This document shows, one piece after another, positions 10,440-22,800 of a stretch of 64,000 nucleotides of DNA; the first letter of the stretch is position 1, and each line of letters begins with the position of its first letter. This DNA comes from Malacoraja senta (taxonomy: Eukaryota), in NCBI GenBank assembly GCA_038087875.1, contig JAXLNO010000529.1:124001-188000 (forward strand), read 5' to 3'. The notes beneath the pieces were generated by a model that was not told the origin of the DNA, made no database searches, and was given only the letters and a program-made list of their open reading frames with translations. A program made the position numbers and the translations under genes.

Positions 10440-10744
10440 CTCAGTTCAATTGAGTTTATTGTCACGTGTACGGAGAAATGCTTTTTGTCGCATGTGAAAA
10501 ACAATTAGCAGAAAGACATTGCATGATTACAATCGAGCCATTTGCAATGTATAGATACATGGTAAAGGAATAACGTTTAGTGCAAGGTAAAGCCAGCAAG
10601 GATAGTCCGAGGGTCACCAATGAGGTAGATAGTAGTTCAGAACTGCTCTCTGGTTGTGGTAGGATGATTTAGTTGCCTGGTAACAGCTGGGAAGAAACTG
10701 TCCCTGAATCTGGAGGTGTGCGTTTTCACACTCCTGTACCTTTC
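10440..10744 (-). mobile_element. Rex1-type LINE 3' end
   Basis: RFRDSFFPAVTRQLN-like C-terminus and GACAATAAAC tail on the minus strand. Confidence 0.6.
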
Positions 10745-11266
10745 CTAATTTGCAGAAGGACATTCTTACTATTGAGGGAGTGCAGCGTAAGTTCACCAGG
10801 TCAATATCTGGGGTGGCGAGACTTACGTATGATGAAAGCATGGGTAGACTGGGCTTGAATTCGCTGGAAATGAGAAGGATGAGAGGGTATCTTATGAAAA
10901 CATATAACATTCTTAAAGGAGTTAAGGCTAGATGCAGGAACAATGTTCCCGATGTTCGGGGAGTCCAGAACCAGGGGTCACAGTTTAAGAATAACGGGTT
11001 AGGCCATTTAGGGCTCAGAAGAGGGAAAACATTTTCACGCAGAAAATCTGTAGAATTCTGCCACAGAAGGCAGTGGAGGGCAATTCACTGGATGTTTTCA
11101 AGTGAGTGTTGGATGTGGCTCTTTGGGCTAACAGAATCAAGGGATATGGGGAGATAGCAGGAATGGGGTATTGATTTTGGATGATCAGCCAAAATCATAT
11201 TGAAATGCGGTGCTGGCTCGAAGGGCCGAATGGCCTACTCCTGCTCCTATTTTCTATGTTTCTACG
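10745..11266 (+). mobile_element. Older CR1 3' fragment
   Basis: KDILTIEGVQRKFTR..LGLNSLEMRRMRG, ending in the GAAGGGCCGAATGGCCTACTCCT..TTTCTATGTTTCTA tail. Confidence 0.85.
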
Positions 11267-11288
11267 TCATGGTGAGTCCAACACTTGT

Positions 11289-11380
11289 TGACGTCTGGTC
11301 CTGAAGACGGGTCCTGAACCAAAACGTCACCCACTCATGTTCTCCAGAGATGCTGCTCAACCCGCTGAGTTACTCCAGCA
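11289..11380 (+). mobile_element. Penelope-type terminal repeat with a degenerate hammerhead core
   Basis: CTGAAGA-CGGGTCCTGAACC-AAAACGTC followed by GATGCTGC..CCCGCTGAGTTACTCCAGCA. Confidence 0.55.
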
Positions 11381-11404
11381 CAAACAATATTAAATCTCAA
11401 GTGT

Positions 11405-11672
11405 TTTCATTTCGAGATACAGTGTGGCAACGGGCCCTTTGGCCCACCGAGTCCACGCCGACCAGTATTCACCTCTACACCCTCACTATCCTACACACTG
11501 GGGACTTTTTACCAAAGACAATTAACCTACAAACCTGCACGTCTTTGGAGTGTGGGAGGAAACCGGAGCATCCGTAGAAAACCCACGCTGGTCACGAGGG
11601 GAACATACAAACTCTGTACAGACAGCACCTGGGTCTCCGGCACAGTGAGGCAGCAACTCTACCGCTGAGCCA
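11405..11672 (-). mobile_element. HE1-like SINE
   Basis: Same head, V-domain and tail as 5608-5955. Confidence 0.8.
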
Positions 11673-11697
11673 CACTTTAAAAACAGAATATTTTTGC

Positions 11698-11797
11698 CAT
11701 TTGCCAAATGAGAGTTGTCCATAGTCAAAGTGTGTGTAGTTTGTTCCTGGCACGAAAATACTTCTGCTTTATCAGTTTCACGCTTAACTCCATAAAC
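11698..11797 (-). CDS. Candidate internal exon of an unidentified host gene
   Basis: gtctttAG| then 33 open codons VYGVKRETDKAEVFSCQEQTTHTLTMDNSHLAN plus G. The donor would be a weak GC (ATG|GCAAAA). Phase-compatible with 8659-8592. Confidence 0.2.
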
Positions 11798-12087
11798 CTA
11801 AAGACTCCATTGTTGGAATGCAATTCAATATTTGACAAATCTGAACACCTTAACAGACAGATATAAAGCGCACAGAGGGATTACTGGAGTACATTTTCCC
11901 TTTGTAGTCCCTGAGAAATCAATGGCTGTGGCAGAGGGTTTTTCTGATGTTCTAAGCCATGCCAATCCAGATATGATTGAATGACGGAGAGGACTTGATG
12001 TACCAAATGGAGAAGGAACATCTCATTGGGTTTTAAAGTTTGCAGAGGGCTGACATACAACTTCCTTAGCATCAAGTGAATTGATCA

Positions 12088-12380
12088 GCATGGTGGCGCA
12101 GCGATAGACTAAGAGTTGCTGCCTTACAGTGCCAGAGACCCGGGTTCGATCCTGTCTACGTGTGCGTGTAGTTTGTACGTTCTCCCTGTGACCCACGTGG
12201 GATTCCTTCCGGTGCTCTGGTTTCCTCCCACATTCTAGAGATGTGCCGGTGTGTAGGTTAATTGACGTCTGTAAATTGCCCCTAGTGTGAAGGATATAGG
12301 ACTAGTGTACAGGTGATCGTTGGTTGGCGTGGGCTCGGTGGGCAGAAGGGCCTGTTTTCACACCATCTCTCTAAAACAAA
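12088..12380 (+). mobile_element. HE1-like SINE
   Basis: GGTGGCGCAGCG..GGGTTCGATCC..AGTTTGTACGTTCTCCC..CTAAAACAAAC. Confidence 0.8.
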
Positions 12381-12649
12381 CTATTGCCGTTACTTCGTTG
12401 GTCTCAGTTTAACATTGCTTGTGAAAGTCAGCAAAGTACAAGATTCTTTCTATAGCCCGCAGACCAGTGAGCCCATGTGTTCATATCTTTAACCAGACAG
12501 TCAGAACTTTTTTTGTTTAGTTTAGAGATACAGCACAGAATCAGGCCCTTCAGCCCACCACGTCCACATCAACAAGCGATACCCGTGCAGTAAACTACCC
12601 CACGCACACTAGGGACAATTTACATTTATACCAAATTAACCTACTCTCT

Positions 12650-13973
12650 AGACTGACATCTTCAACCTGTCACATGCCCAAGCAGTTGTCCCCACGTGCC
12701 TTAAAACCACCTCCCTCGTGCCGGTGCCAAAACACTCCACTGCGGCGAGCCTCAACGACTTCTGCCCAGTTGCACTTACTCCCATCATCACTAAGTGCTT
12801 CGAGAGGCTGGTCCTGGCACACCTCAAAGGCTGCCTACCTCCCACACTGGATCCCTATCAGTTCGCCTACCGCAAGAACAGGAGTACGGAGGATGCCATC
12901 TCAACGGCACTTCACTCCGCCCTCTCCCACCTCGACAACAGAGACACCTACGTGAGAATGCTGTTCATCTCAGCATTAAACATCATTATCCCCTCAAAAC
13001 TGATGACCAAACTCAGCGACCTGGGCATCGACCCCTCCCTCTGCAACTGGATACTGGACTTTCTAACCAACAGACCCCAGTCTGTTATGTGAGACAACCA
13101 CACCTCTTCAACCCTCACCCTGAACACCGGCGTTCCACAGGGCTGTGTGCTGAGCCCCCTCCTCTACTCCCACTTCACCTACGACTGCACACCTGTACAT
13201 GGTACTAACACCATCATCAAGTATGCAGATGATACAACAGTGATTGGCCTCATCAGCAACAATGATGAGTCGGCCTATAGGGAGGAGGTCCAGCTCCTAG
13301 CAGCATGGTGCGCTGACAACAACCTGGCCTGTAACTACAAGAAGACCAAGGAGCTCATTGTGGACTACAGAAGGTCTAGGGGCGGCACGCACACCCCCAT
13401 CCACATTAACGGGACGGAGGTGGAACGTGTTTCCAGCTTCAGGTTTCTGGGGGTCAACATCTCTGATGACCTCTCTTGGACCCACAATACCTCAACACTG
13501 GTTAAGAAGGCTCACCAGCTTCTCTTCTTCCTGAGGAGACAAAAGAAGGTCCATCTGTCTCCTCAGATGCTGGTGAACATCTACCGCTGCACCATCGAGA
13601 GCATCCTTACCAACTGTATCACAGGTTGGTATGGCAACTGTCTCCGACCGGAAAGCACTGCAGAGGGTGGTGAAAACTGCCCAACGCATCACCGGTTCCT
13701 CACTCCCCTCCATTGAGTCTGTCCAACGCAAGCATTGGCTGCGAAGGGCGCGCAGCATCATCAAGGACTGCTCTCACCCCAGCCACATACTGTTTATCCT
13801 CCTCCCATCCGGGAGGCGCTACAGGTCTCTCCGTTGCCAGATCAGCAGGTTCAGGAACAGCTTCTTCCCTGCGGCTGTTACACAACTTAACTCTGTACCT
13901 TGGGGATTGCCAGTCACCCATCCCGGACACTCCTTCCCCCAGAAGAATTGCACTACACAAAAATTGTATGTAC

Positions 13974-14007
<34 letters not shown>

Positions 14008-14115
14008 TGCTGTTCCATTATTCTATGTTCGCTCTTCTGGGTGAGATGCTAACTGCATTTCGCTATCTCTGTACTGTACACTGCACAATGACAATAAAGA
14101 TTGATTCTGAATCTG
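12650..14115 (+). mobile_element. Rex1/Babar LINE, 5'-truncated, frameshifted RT
   Basis: [54 protein letters not shown]. Tail GACAATAAAGATTGATTCTGAATCTGA. Confidence 0.92.
13975..14004. repeat. (TA)n microsatellite in the Rex1 3' UTR
   Basis: About 15 uninterrupted TA units. Confidence 0.95.
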
Positions 14116-14412
14116 AAACCTACATGTCTTTGGATTGTGGGAGAAAACTGAAGATCTCGGAAAAAAAACCCACGCGGGTCAAGGGGAAAATGTACAAATC
14201 TGTTCTGACAGCACCCGTAGTCAGGATCGAACCCGGGTCTCTGGCACTGCAAGCAGTGTAAGCAAAGAACTCTACCACTGCGCCACCGTGCCCGCCCCTT
14301 TTCCCCAGGACAGAGATGGAATACTAGAGGGCATAGCTTTAACGAGAGTGGGGCAAAGTTTAAAGATGTGTGGAGCAAGTTATAAGAGGTTAGAGTGCAC
14401 CTTGAGTGTGTT

Positions 14413-15723
14413 ACATAGATACATAGATACATAGAAAATAGGTGCAGGAGTAGGCCATTCGGCCCTTCGAGCCTGCACCGCCATTCAATATGATCATGGC
14501 TGATCATCCAACTCAGTATCCCGTACCTGCCTTCTCTCCATACCCCCTGATCCCCTTAGCCACAAGGGCCACATCTAACTCCCTCTTAAATATAGCCAAT
14601 GAACTGGCCTCAACTACCCTCTGTGGCAGAGAGTTCCAGAAATTCACCACTCTCTGTGTGAAAAGGTTTTTCCTCATCTCGGTCCTAAAGGATTTCCCCC
14701 TTATCCTTAAGCTGTGACCCCTTGTCCTGGACTTCCCCAACATCGGGAACAATCTTCCTGCATCTAGCCTGTCCAACCCCTTAAGAATTTTGTACGTTTC
14801 TATAAGATCCCCTCTCAATCTCCTAAATTCTAGAGAGTATAAGCCAAGTCTATCCAGGAATCAGTCTGGTGAACCTTCTCTGCACTCCCTCTATGGCTAT
14901 AATGTCCTTCCTCAGATTTGGAGACCAAAACTGTACGCAATACTCCAGGTGTGGTCTCACCAAGACCCTGTACAACTGCAGTAGAACCTCCCTGCTCCTA
15001 TACTAAAATCCTCTTGCTATGAAGGCCAACATACCATTCGCTTTCTTCACTGCCTGCTGCACCTGCATGCCTACTTTCAATGACTGGTGTACCATGACAC
15101 CCAGGTCTCGCTGCATCTCCCCATTTCCTAATCGGCCACCATTTAGATAATAGTCTGCCTTCCCGTTTTTGCCACCAAAGTGGATAACCTCACATTTTTA
15201 TCCACATTATACTGCATCTGCCAAACATTTGCCCACTCACCCAGCCTATCCACCTTGCAGTCTCCTAGCATCCTCCTCACAGCTAACACTGCCCCCCAGC
15301 TTAGTGTCATCCGCAAACTTGGAGATGTTGCTTTCAATTCCCTCGTCCAGATCATTAATATAAATTGTAAATAGCTGGGGTCCCAGCACTGAGCCTTGCG
15401 GTACCCCACTAGTCACTGCCTGCCATTGTGAAAAGGACCCGTTTACTCCTACTCTTTGCTTCCTGTTTGCCAGCCAGTTCTCTATCCACATCAATACTGA
15501 ACCCCCAATACCGTGTGATTTAAGTTTGTATCCTAATCTCTTATGTGGTACCTTGTCGAAAGCCTTCTGAAAGTCCAGATACAACACATCCACTGGTTCT
15601 CCCCTATCCACTCTACTAGTTACATCCTCGAAAAATTCTATTAGATTCGTCAGACACGATTTACCTTTCGTAAATCCATGCTGACTTTGTCCAATGATTT
15701 CACCACTTTCCAAATGTGCTGCC
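14413..15723 (-). mobile_element. CR1 LINE, 5'-truncated, near-identical to 8970-10315
   Basis: [73 protein letters not shown] is identical to the plus-strand copy, with the same (TATCTATG)n tail. Confidence 0.95.
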
Positions 15724-15724
15724 A

Positions 15725-15895
15725 GGGGTGGTGGAGGCAGATACAACAGTGGCATTTAACAGGTTTTTGGATAGGCAGGGAATGGAGGGATAATGATAAT
15801 GTGCAGACAGATAAGAGTTGGCAGTGGTGTCACGTTTAGCACAGGCATTGTGGGCCGAAGGGGCGGTTCCTGTGTTGTACTGTTCTATGTTCTAT
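15725..15895 (+). mobile_element. Old CR1 3' fragment
   Basis: GTGGTGGAGGCAGATAC..GGGCCGAAGGG..CCTGTGTTGTACTGTTCTATGTTCTA. Confidence 0.65.
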
Positions 15896-15971
15896 ACCTC
15901 AGGTTATCAATCTTTATCTTTAACAAAGGGTTTGGTGGGGAAGGGAATGAGATGAGTTAAGACAAGCTGAT

Positions 15972-16265
15972 TTAAACTTTAGCGATATAGAGTGGAAACT
16001 GGCCTTTCGGCCCACCGAGACCACACCGACCAGCGATCACCCCGTACGCTAGCACTACCCTACACACTAGGGACAATTTACAAATTTTCCAAAGCCAATT
16101 AACCTTGAAAACCTGCAGGTCTGTGGCGTGTGGGAGGAAACCGGAGCACCCGGAGAAAACCCACGCTGTCACAGGGAGAAAGTACAGGCAGCATCCCCGG
16201 TCAGGATTGACCCAGGGTCTCTGGCGCTGTAAGGCAGCAACTCCATCGCTGCGCCACCGTGCCAC
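15972..16265 (-). mobile_element. HE1-like SINE
   Basis: tRNA head at 16265-16200, V-domain and tail. Confidence 0.8.
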
Positions 16266-16411
16266 CCAAATAGTTGCACATCAGATTAGACAAGTTAGGA
16301 AGAAGAACGTGTCCAACATTGTAGATTCAATTGCGGAGTTCAATTACTTCAGGCATATATAAATGCTAGGCGCCGCTGTTATAACCATATAACCATATAA
16401 CAATTACAACA

Positions 16412-17155
16412 ATTTTGGCTGCTGAGTAGAGCAACTACTCGTGAATAAAAAACTGCTGTGACAGTCCGGAGTCGCCTTCCAGAGGGTAGTGATTGAAATA
16501 GTTTGTGGCCAGGGTGAGAGGGGTCAGAGATGATCTTACCCGCTCGCTTCCTGGCCCTGGCAGTGTACAGTTCATCAATGGAGGGAAGGTTGCAGCCAAT
16601 AACCTTCTCTGCTGATCGGACGATTCGCTGCAGCCTCCAGGTGTCGTGCTTGGTGACTGAGCCAAACCAGACCATGATGGGGATGGTGAGAACAGACTCT
16701 ACGATGGTCGTGTAGAACTGGACCATCATTGCCTGTGGCAGATTGTGTTTGCCGCAGGAAGTACATCATCTGTTGTGCCTGTTTGACTGGAGTCCATGGG
16801 AGCCCCCCACTTATGGTCCTTGGAGATGATGGTTCCCAGGAACTTAAAAGATTCCACAGATGTGACTGTGGTGTTGTTGATGGTGAGTGGGGTGAGGGGA
16901 GGGGGAGCTCTCCTAAAGTCTACAATCAATTCCACTGTCTTAAGAGAATTGAGCTCCAGGTTGTTGCTACGGCACCAGGACGCCAGCTGTGACACTTGCT
17001 GTCTGTAGGCCGATTCCTCCCCATCCTGGATCAGTCCAATCAGGGTTGTGTTGTCCGCAAACTTGAGAAGCTTGACTGACAGAGGTGAAGTCGTTGGTGT
17101 AGGGAGCGTAGAGGAGAGGAGAGAGTATGCAGCCTTGCGGTGCTCCTATGCTGAG
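16412..17155 (-). mobile_element. Rex1/Babar LINE fragment (third family)
   Basis: WCRSNNLELNSLKTVELIVDFRR..SFKFLG..FYTTIVESVLT..DPSHPGHKLFQSLPSGRR. Confidence 0.85.
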
Positions 17156-17309
17156 TGTTTACGGGTCCCAGATGTACTTTCCCAGCCAAAGTAAGTCAAA
17201 TGGGCACTGGTGGGTGAAGAGTTGTAAACTAAGACCCTTGGACAGGTGAGTGGACAAGACAGGTTTAGAGGGGACAATGGACACAAGTGTGTGGGCCTTT
17301 GGTACCTTC

Positions 17310-17489
17310 TCAAGATGGCGTCTTGAACGGCGGGACCTTAACAAGATGGCCGCCGGCATCCGACCAATCAGGGGAGCCGATCTCACCTGCCCTCACCAAG
17401 ATGGCCGCCGACACCCGACCAATCAGCGGCGCCGACCTCACCTGCCCTCACCAAGATGGCCGCCATCAACCCCTCATAAAGATGGCCGA
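17310..17489 (+). promoter_or_regulatory. CpG-rich 55-bp tandem repeat carrying five YY1-like sites and two CCAAT boxes
   Basis: CAAGATGGC at 17311, 17342, 17397 and 17452, and AAGATGGC at 17479. CCAATCA at 17364 and 17419. The repeat is certain; the regulatory function is inferred. Confidence 0.5.
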
Positions 17490-17716
17490 TGGAACTCTCT
17501 GCCACAGATGGTAGTTGAGGTCACAGTTCGTTGGCTATATTTAAGAGGGAGTTAGATGTGGCCCTTGCGGCTAAAGGGATCAGGGGGTACAGAGAGAAGG
17601 CCGGTACAGGATACTGAGTTGTATGATCAGCCATGATCATATTGAATGGCGATTGGTGCAGGCTCGAAGGGCCGAATGGCCTCTACTCCTGCACCTATTG
17701 TCTATGTTTCTATGTT
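17490..17716 (+). mobile_element. CR1 3' end
   Basis: WNSLPQMVVE.. and the standard 3' UTR/tail TGTCTATGTTTCTATG. Confidence 0.85.
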
Positions 17717-18254
17717 TAGAATGTGAGAGTGACGGACAGTGTGGAGTGGACCGGGAGATGAGATGAATTACGAAGATTCAGGAACTGGGGAAAAAATCTA
17801 AAACAGAGGCTGAGCAGCAATAAAAATGAATTGTATTTCTCTGCAGAATTCACACAATATGGGGAAATGAGTTGTTAACCCGGATTAAGGAAGGAGCCTG
17901 ATTAGATTTCTTGTCACAATGAGGACGACACTAACTCCTGAGCTGATGATGAGCTGCAAGTTGTGATTCCCTCCAGATGTTTTGCTGATAAATCTATGTT
18001 TTTGGATGTGGGCCTCAGTGTTTAGGCTTCCAGTTTTAACCCATGAGGATGTGACCATCCTTATTCCACCACTGATGGATGTGTTTAGTAAATGATGTAA
18101 ATGATAGGAGTAGGCCCCACAAATAACGAAGGACCAGCAATGTATTTCCAAGTTATGATGGTGACTAACTGGGTCAATTTGTGCCACTCCACTAGCATGA
18201 CCAAACAATTCTGGGTATGGATTGTGTTTGCATATTGTGGATATATTTTCTAGC

Positions 18255-18322
18255 ATCGATGCAGTCATCAATGTAATGGGGATAGAATTCGGGGATAGGG
18301 CCAGTGTACACCTGGAACACAA
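18255..18322 (-). mobile_element. Tiny Penelope-like RT fragment
   Basis: Minus-strand translation LFQVYTGPIPEFYPHYIDDCIDA resembles the PLE RT 'RYIDDC' motif. Confidence 0.5.
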
Positions 18323-19084
18323 TGTATCTCTCGTGTCTATATCTCTAGGCTGTGAAGATCTTGGTGCAACTCTGTGAGGTTGTGCTTGGAGAACACCAAA
18401 TGACAGAGGGAAAAACTAGTGATTGTGAAAATGTTTGCTGGAGGTTCTACCTTGAGTGAAATTCAGAACTGAGGAGAAATTTGCTCTCAATATTGGACTT
18501 ACTTTGACAAATTGTAGTAGCGATGATCATATGCAGCTCATTGGTGACCTCCTAAGTCCAACCTCCGCCATGATCTGATGCAATGAATATTAGTTTGATA
18601 TCGGACCAACTACAGCATGAACAGGCAAGAATATTGACCGTTCCATTTATTACAAAACATCACACAGTCATCTGCTTGAATATGTGTTACTGGAAACTAT
18701 TCTAACTTCAGTTGTGAATAGCATTAATTATACTTGTCTTTCTCCAGGCTGGTTAGCATTCTGCAAAAGCTTTTCTCTTTACCTCACGAACGTGACACTG
18801 AACTAAACTGAATTGAACTGGAAGGGACGTGATTTATTCCCAGAGATTGTGAAGGTCTTGGTGCAAACTGTGCGGTTTGATTTGGAGAAAACTGAAAGTT
18901 GCAGAAGAATTTGGATGATGATGAGGCTGGTGACTGGTGGGTTTACCTTGTGTGAAACTCAGGAGATAATTGCACTCAATATTGGAATAACTGAGTAAAT
19001 TCAGCATTTTTTTTCACATCTACTGGTTTGTGTTCTCCTCAACCCAAAACTCACATTGTTTTAAACAGCCAAACCACCCAAATC

Positions 19085-19352
19085 ACAGTGGCACAGATGT
19101 TAGAGCTGCTGCCTCACAGTGCCGGAGACCAGGGTTCAATCCTGACCTCGGGTGCTCTCTGGGTGGAGATAGCACGCTCCCTGTGGCCACGAATGAGTGG
19201 GGATGTAGGTTACTGGACCTCCATAAATTGCTTGTAGTGTGTAGGGAGCGGATGGGAAAGTGGGAGAACAGAACGAGTGTGAACGGGTGATCAGAGGTCG
19301 GCACGGACAGAGGGCTGAACGGCAAGTTTCCATGCTGTGTCTCAAAACTAAA
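19085..19352 (+). mobile_element. Degenerate HE1-like SINE
   Basis: GTGGCACAG..AGAGCTGCTGCCTCACAG..GGGTTCAATCCTGACC..TTTCCATGCTGTGTCTCAAAACTAAAC. Confidence 0.7.
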
Positions 19353-19466
19353 CTCAATCAGAACATCACTACAGATGCAAGAAGATTAACACATACTCAT
19401 CATTACACAACAATAGATACTCTCATTCCCCAATGCCCTTGACATTTGTTATCCTCCAATAACCTT

Positions 19467-19852
19467 TAGACAATAGACAATAGGTGCAAGAGTAGAGGCC
19501 ATTCGGCCCTTCCAGCCAGCACCGCCATTCAATGTGATCATAGCTGATCATCCCCAATCAGTACCCCGTTCCTGCCTTCTCCCCATATCCCCTGACTCTG
19601 CTATCTTTAAGAGCCCTATCCAGCTCTCTCTTGAAAGCATCTAGAGAACCTCCCTCCACCGCCCTCTGAGGCAGAGAATTCCACAGACTCACAACTCTCT
19701 GTGAGAAAAAGTGTTTCCTGGTCTCTGTTCTAAATGGCTTACTCCTTCTTCTTAAATTGTGGCCCCTGGTTCTGGACTCCCCCAACATCGGCAACATGTT
19801 TCCTGCCTCTAGCGTGTACATACCCTTAACAATCTTATATGTTTCAATGAGA
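19467..19852 (-). mobile_element. CR1 3' fragment
   Basis: LIETYKIVKG..SRTRGH..FFSQRVVSLWNSLP, with (TATTGTC)n tail. Confidence 0.88.
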
Positions 19853-19855
19853 TAT

Positions 19856-22800
19856 GGCCTAACCAAAGATGGCCCCTGCCTGCGGCGACTTTTGCGGAGC
19901 ACCAGAACAGAAAAGGTTCACCTACAACTTCTATCAACTTACCTGCATCAGGGAAACGGCAGTAATCGGTGCCGTTTCAGACAAGCTGCTTGGGCAGCTG
20001 AAAGCGCTGGCAATTTCGCGATCTCCCGCAGCTGCGGGTGCCCTGGACTTTAAACTTTCCCACGCTGGCTGCAGAACTCCCGACCCGACTGAGGATCCCA
20101 GGTACTGTACCTGGAAACCCCGGGATGACCTCCAGAGCCCACAGGCCGGCTCTCCCAGGAACAATGAAGCTGGATCTGCCAACTTTGAAGGTACCCCCGT
20201 TCGTTACGGAGCTGGAGCTGCCGTCTGTGAAGGAATCCCCGTTCCAGCGCAGGTCCGCAGAAACAGCAGGTGCAGGAAACTCAGCACCTGGAAACAAAGG
20301 GGAAGCCTCCATTGTGTCCCGGAAACGTGGCCGACGGGCAGGACTTCAGGTCAGACTGAAGCGCAGGGGACTTCGACCCCCTCTACCTACTATCCTACTG
20401 GCCAACGTACAGTCCCTTGAAAATAAAGTGGAGGACATAAGGGCAAGGCTGCTTTATCAAAGGGAGCTGAAGGAATGCTCTGTGTTCTGTTTCACAGAGA
20501 CATGGCTCACCCCCAGCTCCCCAGACTCAGCGGTCCAGCCTGAAGGGTTCTCCATCCATCGTATGGACCGTACACTGGCATCTGGGAAAGGGAGAGGAGG
20601 GGGCGTCTGCCTCATGGTCAACTCTGCGTGGTGCTCAGACGTGGCAGTCCTGTCCAACTCCTGCTCTCCACACCTCGAACATCTGGCGGTGAAGTGTCGT
20701 CCCTTCTACCTCCCGAGGGAATTCACCTCCATCATCATGACCGCGGTCTACATCCCACCCCAGGCAGACGTCCGTCTGGCACTGGGGGAGCAGCACGCCG
20801 TGGTCAACAAACACCAGACGTCTTACCCCGAGGCATTCACCACCATAGCAGGGGACTTCAATAAGGCAAACCTAAAGAAATCACTCCCTAACTTCCACCA
20901 ACATGTCTCCTGCTGCACCAGAGGACCAAACACCCTCGACCACTGCTACACCACCATCAAGAATGCCTATCGTTCTATCCCTCGCCCTCACTTCGGTAAA
21001 TCCGACCATACCGCGGTGCTGCTTCTTCCTGCCTACAGGCAGCAATTAAAGAGCGCACCCCCAGAGATGAGGACAGTACAGAGCTGGTCGGAGGGGGCAG
21101 AGGAACAACTCCAGGACTGTTTGGAGTCTGTAGACTGGGCAATGTTCAAGGACTCGGCAACGGACTTGAACGAATACGCCACAGTCGTTACAGACTTCAT
21201 TAAGAAGTGTGTGGAGGACTGCATCCCCACCAAAACCTTCCGAGCGTTTCCCAATCGGAAACCTTGGATGAACTTTGAGATCCGCACTCTTCTGAAGTCG
21301 ACACCGGGCATTCATGTCTGATGATACAGTGGCCTAAAAGAAGTCCAGATACGACCGTGGTAAAGCCACCAAAAAGGCCAAAAGGGACTTCTGCTCCAAA
21401 CTGGCGGAAGAGACAGATGTTCGGCGGCTGTGGCAGGGCCTGAATGCAATCACCTCTTACAAGTCGAAATCAGGAGGCAGCTCGAATGTCGGCGAAACAT
21501 CACTCCCTGATGACCTCAATGCGTTCTGCGCACGCTTTGATAGGGAGAACACTGATGTGCCTTGCCGAGCCCCCATTCGCTGTGATGGTATTTCAGTCTC
21601 AGTCACAGAGGCCGACGTCAGGAAATCCTTCAGAGGGGTGAACCCTCAAAAAGCGCCTGGACCTGATGGTATACCTGGTCGCATTCTAAAAACCTGTGCG
21701 GACCAACTGGCTGGAGTTTTTACAGACATTTTCAACCTCTCACTTCTGAGGTCTGAGGTTCCCACCTGCTTCAAAAGGGCATCAATTATACCGGTGCCCA
21801 AGAAGAGTAAGGTGACGTGCCTCAATGACTATCGACCTGTGGCACTAACGCCTGTGGTGATGAAGTGCCTTGAGAGGTTGATCATGACGCAGATCAACTC
21901 CTACCTCGACAAAAACCTGGACCCACTCCAGTTCGCTTACCGCCACAACAGATCAACGGTGGATGTGATCTCGCTGTCTCTGCACTCCGCTCTGCACCAC
22001 TTGGACAACAAAAACTCATGTTATTCATCGATTACAGCTCGGCATTTAATACAATCATCCCCTTCAAGCTGGTTACCAAACTCGCAGAACTGGGTCTCTG
22101 CGCATCCCTCTGCAATTGGATCCTCGACTTCCTCATTCACAGACCAGTCTGTTCGTATTGGTGGAAATGTGTCAGACTCGATAACAATCAACACGGGAGC
22201 ACCTCAAGGCTGCGTGCTCAGCCCCCTGCTGTACTCACTCTATACTCATGACTGCGTAGCCCGACATAGTGCGAACTCCATCATCAAGTTCGCTGACGAC
22301 ACCACTGTTGTGGGACGTATCACTGATGGGGACGAGTCAGAGTATAGAAGAGAGATCGGGCAACTGTCCATATGGTGCCAGCACAATAACCTGGCCCTCA
22401 ACACCAGCAAAACCAAGGAACTGATTATGGACTTTGGAAGGAGTAGGATGGGGACCCACAGTCCCGTTTATATCAACGGGTCGATGGTTGAAAGGGTCAA
22501 GAGCTTTAAATTCCTGGGCGTGCACATCTCTGAAGATCTTTCCTGGTCCGAGAACACTGATGCCATTATTAAGAAAGCACATCAGCGCCTCTACTTCCTG
22601 AGAAGATTACGGAGAGTCGGTTTGTCAAGGAGGACGCTCTCTAACTTCTACAGGTGCACAGTAGAGAGCATGCTGACCGGTTGCATCGTGGCTTGTTTCG
22701 GCACCTTGAGCGCCCTGGAGAGGAAAAGACTACAAAAAGTAGTAAACACTGCCCAGTCCATCATCGGCTCTGACCTCCCTTCCATCGAGGGGATCGATCG

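Larger units (their letters stand above)
12515..14295 (-). mobile_element. HE1-like SINE split by a Rex1 insertion (parts 12515-12643 and 14116-14295)
   Basis: The tail half ends AATTAACCTAC. The head half resumes AAACCTACATGTCTTTGG after the LINE tail. Confidence 0.75.

Noticed and set aside
17885..18322. 145-aa minus-strand ORF with a faint Ig-like stretch
   Set aside because: It lacks the canonical Ig Cys/Trp spacing, and its 5' part is an off-frame reading of a Penelope RT fragment.
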